The notes under the pieces are model-generated. The model saw only the letters and a program-made list of their open reading frames with translations, ran no database searches and was not told where the DNA came from. From Octopus sinensis (taxonomy: Eukaryota), in the NCBI RefSeq assembly GCF_006345805.1, contig NC_042998.1, positions 122,636,001 to 122,700,000 of the forward strand: a stretch of 64,000 nt of DNA, read 5' to 3'. A program made the position numbers and the translations under genes. Shown piece by piece: positions 55,771-64,000 of this stretch. The number at the start of each line of letters is the position of its first letter. The first letter of the stretch is position 1.

Positions 55771-56659
55771 TCTTCGTGGAACTATATGCAGTTTATTGGG
55801 TGCTTGTACGTGGGTCTCCAAGCATGCCTGTATGTCGAGTGTTCACGATTGTTCGCACGTGTGTATTTAGCGGATAGAGGACTAATCGTATCTGATTAAG
55901 TCTGTGTGTATTTATGTGTGTATAACTATGTGTGGTAATTGTTCGTATATAAGACTGCTCAGCATATATTTAGTAATGTTCAGAAGAAGACAAGAATGGA
56001 ACGATTACGTAATGGATTAATTATACTAGAAAATAGAAGCTTTATGAAGAGTTATGTAAATCAGACCGGGATAGTGATAGCAGACATGTGAGTGAAATCA
56101 ACTAGCGTTTTCGGTATTCGACAAGCATTAATATGAATTGTTTTGGCTAGATTCATTGAAATAAACTTACCCAGTCTATGTCTGTTAAGAAATCCAGTAA
56201 ATATAAATAATAATTTACGTGAAGTATGAATGAAAGTAACTCAGTTTAAAGTTTAAAAAAATACATTTAAACTGTTTGAGATTGTAAGTAGACAAATAAT
56301 TGAGATATGACGGGATATAGCGATTAAAAAACATTTTCTATCGATATTTTACGTGAATTATTTATGCTAAAACGCATCCATAAACGAAGTGGAGCAAAAT
56401 TGCTTTAACTAGAAATTGAAATTAAGGATATTAACTTGTCGTTCAAAGAACTTATATCTATTCGAATATCTGGAGTAATACAAACATTATCTGACGAAAA
56501 TATAATACCGAATTAGCGGCACTTGTGCTTAACTAAATTGTTGAATCTCTTATATTGGTTGGCATCACCAGAAATGATACAAAGACGATAAAAGCTTTAT
56601 TAAGAACGATTCCTTCTTGCAGCTAAAAAAGAAATACCGCGATTAGGAACTAAAGGGAG

Positions 56660-57045
56660 AGAGAGAGAGAGAGAGAGAGAGACAAAAGAGAGGGAGAGAG
56701 AGGAGAAGGGGAGAGAAAGACTGAGAACTGGATTTGTGATAAATTGCTGTGGGTGGTAGAAACAAAGTATAATTGACAAGAAATCTCTGTGTGTGTAGTG
56801 TTAAGCCTTCAAGTTTCAAGAAGCACAGTGCACACAGGAAATATAGGTTATACTGCAGCAGAAAAAAATGTTGAACTTCATAAAACCCATCTTCCAGTTT
56901 AGCAACACGACTTTCCTTTTGAGTGCTTTCATCATCATCATCATCATCATAAGCAGCAGCAGCAGCAGCAGCATCACCATCATCATCACCACCACCACCA
57001 CTACCACCATCGTCGTAGTGATCATCATCATCATCATCATCAATA
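56660..57045. repeat. (GA)n tract and (CAT)/(CAG)/(CAC) compound triplet tract
   Basis: Directly visible at 56660-56720 and 56930-57045. Confidence 0.9.
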
Positions 57046-57931
57046 CTCCGAACTATTACTGCCAAGTACACAATAGGAGAAAGATTTTCTGTCCTTCGTC
57101 TTATTTTGGTGGCTTAGCATTATGACCAGTCCAACCCACTGTAAATTCGAGTGATTCATGTTAGAGCAATATTAATATCTAACTTTGCACACACGACCAG
57201 AAATTAGTGGATAAAAGTTATAGTCTATAGTGTCATTTACATCAGTACTTGACTGATACTATATTTTATTTATAAGGATATGAAAAGCAAAGTTGATCAC
57301 AGTTGGATTTGATCTCAAAACCTAAGTTCAAACCTCAAGATCAACTTTGCCTTCGTTCCTGACAAGTGTTTCTTTTGCTAGCTGTTAATGTTAGCTTTTT
57401 ATTTCCGCACAACAAAGGTCTAAATTCAATTCTATCTCCTATCACAACTACTACGACTGCCACGTCGATTTCCCCAGCAGGACGGCTGAGAGTAACGAAC
57501 ATATTTTTTTATATATTTAGACATATGTTAGACCTACAGTTCTAGGATTCTCGGTGCAGCTGTGACTGCAAACTTGAAAATAGATTCGTGGGAAAGAGGG
57601 AATGGCATCAATATTATTTTTGTCTGCTACAAGTTGACTGCTCCTCATTCAAAACCAAATACGGTTGATTTTGTGCCAAACAAAACAACCAACAGTCTAA
57701 AAATGTGTGCCATGTTACCGAGAACTGTGATAGAATCTAATCAGTCAAACTATTTGGAAAAGAAATCTTGTAATCAATAAGACAAGTTCAACTGGAAACC
57801 AATATATATTGTCGAAGTAAGCTTTGATGTTTCACTGATATCAAATATGATAAGAGGAATAGAGGATGCCAGGCTGATTGACTTGGGAGATATCGGGGAA
57901 GATTGCTAATTGATTTTTTACTCTCCTTTGC

Positions 57932-57934
<3 letters not shown>

Positions 57935-57996
<62 letters not shown>

Positions 57997-58251
57997 ATAG
58001 CTACACACAAACACACATATATGCGTATTTGTGCTTGTGTGTATGAATATATATATAATAGGGGGTGAGGGAACTATAATGATAATATAACGTAACTTAA
58101 ATTTACGCTGTATTTTTTTGTAAAAGGCTATACATAAATATATATTATATATATTCATGTATACACAAACACACACACATTTATATGATATATATATACA
58201 TATATAGAGAGATGTGAATACGCATGTATGTATATGCATGTGATGTCTCTG

Positions 58252-58304
<53 letters not shown>

Positions 58305-58388
58305 ATATATATGTATACGTAGATATGCGTATAATTATATATATATATATATATGTATATCGGTATATATATGTATACGTAGATATGC

Positions 58389-58444
<56 letters not shown>

Positions 58445-58592
58445 ATATATTTACACATAAAAATAGAAACACACCTGCAGCATGTATGTGTATATATCTC
58501 TGCGTGTATTCCATGCACGTGTATATGTGTAAATGTATTTATATATTACATATATGTACATTCATGTATATATGTATGCATGTATGTATGTA

Positions 58593-58630
<38 letters not shown>
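57935..58630. repeat. (TA)n-rich cluster including a 60 bp tandem duplication
   Basis: cggtatatatatgtatacgtagatatgcgtataatt at 58301 and 58361. Confidence 0.9.
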
Positions 58631-58636
<6 letters not shown>

Positions 58637-59082
58637 CTTATGCATGCGCTTGTGTCTGTAAGTGTGTAAGTTGTGCGTGTGTGGAGCGAATAAAGTATTT
58701 CAGAGATAATTTACTCGTAGCTTTACGAACATGAAATCATTATTCAAACAAATAAGCACATCTAAGTATCTACTTTAGTAGTGAAACGGTAAAAAGTTAA
58801 GGTTTTTTGATGCTGTTGTATACTGCACATATACTATAAAACAAGAAATAAAGGAAAAAGTGCATTGTCCCTTGGGTAAAATGTTTTCGTCAGCGAATTG
58901 CTTTGAAACTGTGGTTACCGATACAGACTGTTTATTACTAGTTTGTTTCGACAAGACACAAAAAATATTTAAACAGAGGGAAAGCTGAGCAGCAGTATTT
59001 ATGGTGGCCATTCTTGTTTTCTGTCTACAAATTAATTCGAATGACTTTATCTAGGAATCGAAACCATGAATTAAACTCCACT

Positions 59083-59465
59083 CTCGTAGCTGTATGGTAA
59101 GAGGCTTGCTTCCCAACTACTTGGTTCTGGATTCAGTTCCACTGCGTGGCACCTTGGGCAAGTGCCGTCTATTATAGCCTTGGGCCGACCAGAGCCTTGT
59201 CAGATGATTTGGTTGACGGAAACAGAAAAGCCTCTCGTATATATATATATATGTATATACTTATATATGTCTCTGTGTTTGTACCTCACCATTCGCTTGA
59301 CAAGCAATGTTAGTGTGTTTACGTATCCGTAACTTAACGGTTCAGCATAAGACACCGATTGAATAAGTTCCAAGCTTACAAAGAATAAATCCAGCGGTCG
59401 ATGTCTTCGATTAAAAGGAGGTAACCCAGCATGGTTCCATTTAAATGACTGAAACCAATAAAATA
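59083..59465 (+). mobile_element. tRNA-derived SINE, family B, copy 2
   Basis: Homologous end to end with 18023-18444. Confidence 0.85.
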
Positions 59466-59744
59466 ATATTTAATTGAAAATAATGTATGCAGAAATGACA
59501 CAACATAAACGAATATTATTTTGTATAATTAATTTTAATTTTTTTTACATAGGCACAAAGCCATATATGTATTATTCATTTAAATCGTCTGCAGTACTTG
59601 TTTGAGCGATTCCCGGAAGTATGAAACGTAACGTTCATTTTGCTTGCAATTGAAGACAGAACGTAAAGAATGGGAATAGATGATGCAATGCATTTTGTTC
59701 AACTTTATAAAAATTCTGGCAGTCCACTGTTTTATAATAACAAT

Positions 59745-59962
59745 AATAATCCTTTCTCCTAAAAGCACAAGGCCTAAAATGTTGAGGGAGGGAACTAGTC
59801 GATTACATCGACCCCAGTATTTCACTTGTACTTAATTTATCGATCCCGAAAGGATGAAAGGCAAAGTCGATGTCGGCGGAATTTGAACTCAGAACGTAGG
59901 GACAGACGAAGTACCGCTAGGCATTTTGCTTGGTATGCTACCGATTTTGCCAGCTTGCCGCC
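59745..59962 (-). mobile_element. SINE-A, tail-1 type, flanked by (AAT)n
   Basis: aatcctttctcctaaaagcacaaggcc tail to ttttgccagcttgccgcctt head. Confidence 0.88.
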
Positions 59963-59965
59963 TTG

Positions 59966-60010
<45 letters not shown>

Positions 60011-60013
<3 letters not shown>

Positions 60014-60460
60014 TACATTGTTTTGTCTTGGTATAAAAGATAGGCCACAGCAAATATTCTGCTCAATACCATAGATTTGCTTGTCAGCTGTTTGACCTTA
60101 ATGGTTGGCGATATGTGCATCTCTGACCACGAGCAGAAGTAGTGGGGGAGCATCATAGCATGTGTTGGAAGGAATTCTTAGAGGTTTGGATAATTCACCT
60201 TTGGAAGCATGGCTGGTTCATTCAACATCCTTAAAAATCCTTATTCAGAGACCTTTTGAGCGGGATGGGCTACTCGGCCAGAAGAAAAGTCTAACTGGGC
60301 CCCACCTGCAAAGTCATGCGCACTTTATCTTGTCGCGCACACATGGTTGTGATGCATGTGCCTGGTATACCCATATCAGATGGGTAGTCAGGATGGGTAT
60401 ACTGGGCTTCGTATATTTTACCCTAGTGTCACTTTGATGGCAGGCACTGCTCTCTCACTC
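60011..60460 (+). mobile_element. (AAT)n-associated repeat copy 3, reaching its 3' end
   Basis: Between two (AAT)n tracts; ends gcactgctctctcactc-(aat)n. Confidence 0.82.
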
Positions 60461-60489
60461 AATAATAATAATAATAATAATAATAGTAA

Positions 60490-60865
60490 TAATCCTTTCT
60501 ACTATAGGCACAGCGCCTAAACTTTGAGGTGGGACTGTCGAGTACATGGACAAAGTACACAACTGCAACTTATTTTATCGAACCGAAAACAGGATGAAAG
60601 GCAAAGCCGAACTCACCGGAGTTTGAACTAAGAACGTGAAGACGGACGAAATACCGATAAGCATGTTCCCCAAGGCAGCTGGAGGAGGTGGGTATGAGTC
60701 GATTACATCGACCCCAGTGTTCAACTGGTACTTATTTTATCGACTCCCGGAAGGATGAAAGGCAAAGTCGACCTCGGTAGAATTTGAACTTAGATCGTAT
60801 AGCTGGAAGAAATGCCGCGAAGCATTTTACCCGGATTGCTAACGATTCTGCCAGCCCACCGCCTA
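60490..60865 (-). mobile_element. Two tandem SINE-A copies inside (AAT)n
   Basis: 60490-60665 and 60668-60865 both match core and head. Confidence 0.8.
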
Positions 60866-60929
60866 AATAATAGTAATTATAATAATAATGATAATAATAA
60901 TAATAACAACGATAATGATAATATAGCTT

Positions 60930-62845
60930 CAGCAGATAATAGAACAAGGAGGATGAAGCAGACTAGCGAAGAAAACAGGATAGGGATACAGTGCTACTTA
61001 GAAAGTGAGCCTACAAGTAGGGGCTGTAGAAAACGGATGTTAACAATTTGGGTAGAAAAGGGTATGTTTAAGGTGATTGAGCAGAGATTAGTTAATCAAG
61101 CTAATGCTATTAGGAGAAGAAAGTGAATGACAGAGTTGGAAGGGGAAGAGATCACAAAAGAACTGTCAGTGGGAAAGGCCGACAACAACATAAGAGATAT
61201 AGCTCAAACCAAAGAAGAACCTAAAGGAAAAAAGTTATTATAGCGCTACCAATATAGAGGGGGCAACTGGCAATAACGACTTAAGTGATTTAAATGAGGT
61301 AGATCAGAAGGTTTTAGATGAGTTGCAGGAAGTAATGAGTAAAGAAGTAAGGAGACTACAAAATCAAGTGAAGACTTTGAGAAAAGTTCTGAGTAGAATA
61401 GAAGACTGGAAAACAATCAAGTTAGGGAACAAAAGATGCAAATCTTGCCTCGAGGAAAGATAGTCAAAGAGAAAGGATTTGGGACAATAATAGAAGAGTT
61501 GAAACAGCCTATCATAGCAGTAGCAGGAAAACTCTCCAGATATCAGAAAATAATAGATCAGTATCAACAGAATAAATCAAGTGAGACAGACCAGAGGAGA
61601 TTTTATAACCGAATATATAGTGGAGGACGAAGTACTGAAGATGGGAAACCTAATGCAGAAGAAGCTAGAAAGTTCTGGAGTAGTATTTGGGATAAACCAA
61701 TCATAATGGAGATGCAGTATGGATAAAGTGAGGGAAGAAGTAGTGAATGAGAAGCAGCCAGATCTAAGATTAACTAGTGCATTAGTGAGTAAAGGGTTAG
61801 AAAAAATGTCGAATTGGAAGGGCCCAGGACCAGATTTAGTTCAAGGATACTGGCTAAAGAAATTCGGTAGTTAACATGAGAGGCTGAGGGAGCAATTTCA
61901 GAATTGCTTTAATGGAAGAATAATACCGTTTGGATGACTAGAGGGAGGGCAATACTCATTATAAAGATAAGAGCATACGTAATACAGTTAGCAACTAGAG
62001 ACTAATCACTTGCTTACCGTCAGTGTGGAAGCTGTTAACTGGAATGCTTTCACAAAACATTTAGAAGCACGTTGACAGCCAGAGTTTACTATCATAAGAA
62101 CAGAAAGGTTGCAGGAAGAAGGCTAGAAGGACGCTATATAGACAAAGCAGTTCTAAATGAAGTAAAAGCTAGAAAGAAAACTCTAACAATAACATGGATA
62201 AATTATAGGAAAGTCTATGGCATAATCCCACATTCATGAATAAGTGAATGTTTGAGTATACTCAGTGTAGTAGACAACGTAAGAGAATTAATTAGCTTTA
62301 GCATGAAGAAATGGAAAGTAGATCTTTACTCAGGTGACACACTCTTAGGGCAAGCTAATATCAAAAGAGGAATTTTCTTGGGGGACTCGTTGGCCCCTTT
62401 AATATTTGTCTTATGTTTGATACCTCCACAATTTATTATTAAGGAAGGCAAAGGTAGAGTATCAGTTCAGAAATAGTAAAGGAAATATAAACCTTTTGCT
62501 CTACATAGATGATCTGAAGCCTTTTAGTAAGAATGAAAAAGAGATAGATTCCTTAATACAGACTGTAAGACTCTTAAGCAAAGATATAGGCATGGAATTT
62601 GGTACAGATAAGTGTTCAATATTAGCCAAGAGAAGGGGACAGGTAGTCAACAGCGAAAGCATCCATTTACCAGATTAAAACATTAAAATCATTGAAATGA
62701 GGAGAGAGTTATAAGTATCTAGGAGTATTAGAATCTGACAGAGTACTATATACTGGAATGAAAACGAAAACTGAGGAGTACATCAGAAGGGTGAGGAAGC
62801 TAATGAAGTCAAAGCTAGATAGCCCGAATCTAGTGAAGGCTGTAA
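60930..62845 (+). mobile_element. R4/Dong-like LINE, N-terminus to RT domain 7, decayed with deletions
   Basis: EENRIGIQCYLESEP..RKRML.IW..EQRL, TDQRRFYN, FWSSIWDKP, NWKGPGPD, NIKRGIFLGDSLAPLIFV, LYIDDLK, GMEFGTDKCS, YKYLGVLE. Confidence 0.92.
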
Positions 62846-62980
62846 ATGTTTTGTTGTATTCTGGTATATTTAAGTTCTGAGTTCAAATACCGCCAGGGTT
62901 AACTTTACTTTTCCTCTTGGGTTCGATAAAATATTGCACTTATCAAGTAGCGCAACCCTATCTGATATCAATAGTAATAC

Positions 62981-63360
62981 AAAAGCACTCAGAGAGCGCA
63001 AACCTCCGCCAAGGAAACACCAACGTCCATTCAACGATTAACCGAAGATGATTTTTAAAATGAGAATATCTGAAATAAACTTGACTGCTCTCACAAACGA
63101 GAATGCTAAAATGAACCCGACCGCTCTCAAATATTAAGTAAAAAAAACTGGAAAAATAAACCAGAATCCTTGTCCGGTACCGGATCGATTCCAAAATCTA
63201 ATCCGTTCGTGCTAGTGCCGAGGCCAAACATCCCTGAAAGTTTCATCGGAATCCATCCTGTGGTTCTTGAGACATCTCGTCCATGGGCAAACAAGCAAAG
63301 AAACAAACAAACAAACGTGACTGAAAACAATACCTCCGCCTTCGTTAAGGCGGAGGTAAT
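62981..63360 (-). mobile_element. DINE-1/HINE-like non-autonomous Helentron-type element
   Basis: 12 bp hairpin tacctccgcctt-cgtt-aaggcggaggta (63331-63358), (CAAA)n tract, sub-terminal acctccgcc at 63002, small terminal hairpin gcactc-aga-gagcgc (62985-62999), A/T-run flanks. Confidence 0.7.
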
Positions 63361-63371
63361 AATGTTTACGG

Positions 63372-63590
63372 TGATTAACTGGTAGAATCATTATCACGCC
63401 GGGCAAAATACTTAGCGGTATTTCGTCCGACTTTACGTTCAGAGTTCAAATTCCGCCGAGGTTGATTTTTGCCTTTCATCCTTTCATGGTAGGTAAGACA
63501 AGTATCAGTTGAGGACTGAGGTCGATGTAATCAACTTACACTCCTTTCCGCAAGTTGCCGGCCTTGTGCCAAAACTAGAAATCAGTATTA
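63372..63590 (+). mobile_element. SINE-A, tail-1 type
   Basis: cacgccgggcaaaatacttagcggtatttcgtcc, gagttcaaattccgccgagg, ggccttgtgccaaaactagaaatc. Confidence 0.85.
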
Positions 63591-64000
63591 TATACACGTA
63601 TATATTTATTCCAGTACTCGTCTTCAATGCGTAGATGTATGACCTTCATACCTGAAGATAGAAATAATTATTTAAAAACCTCTATTAATAACTGACAAAC
63701 TTTGATACACATTCCCCAATATTTCAGGTCAGGTGGTTTTGTTAGAAACAATATTATCTATCTGGAATGCTCTCTACTATTCCTTTTGTCTCTCTATTCT
63801 TTATTCTCTAAAAAGCAGAGCCATTAAAGTAAATAATGCAAAAGGACAAACGATCTACCACTTCAGTTAAACCACCGTCCTATGACCTAAAGTCAATTAA
63901 ACGTTCACAACGGTAGAAACTGGATTAAATGCTTTATGGTATTATTTTCAAGTTTCTACTATTAAGTTCAAATCCATTAATCTAAGCTGGGTCGATAAAA

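Noticed and set aside
56643-57071. 142 aa minus-strand ORF with D/G/A runs
   Set aside because: Built from triplet and GA microsatellites; no recognisable domain or splice support.

Overview
AT-rich, repeat-saturated animal genomic DNA. It is most likely an octopus/cephalopod intergenic or large-intron region; this is inferred from the microsatellite load and the repeat families, not from a database search. No intact host gene, rRNA, true tRNA gene or CRISPR array is supportable. Nearly all ORFs in the track are translated microsatellites or pieces of dead transposons. Recognisable by hand translation: decayed mariner transposase (2359-3380), RTE LINE RT (6170-7100, -), Tx1/L1-clade RT fragment (25547-27105) joined tail-to-tail to a Penelope-like element (27112-29310, -), CR1/L2-type LINE 3' end (36002-36770, -), several R4/Dong-type LINE pieces beside (AAT)n tracts, an ORF1-only L1/Tx1-like element (47560-48900), a DINE-1/HINE-like element (62981-63360) and over 20 tRNA-derived SINE copies. 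The most interesting signal is a modular SINE system. One SINE head+core carries two alternative tails. Tail-2 resembles the 3' end of the ORF1-only element. Tail-2 units build head-to-tail dimers to tetramers at four loci through eight junctions at only two fixed positions in the SINE's own head, and three arrays keep 13-14 bp target-site duplications. Whether this is already described cannot be judged without a repeat-library search. Boundaries of decayed elements are approximate (tens of bp).
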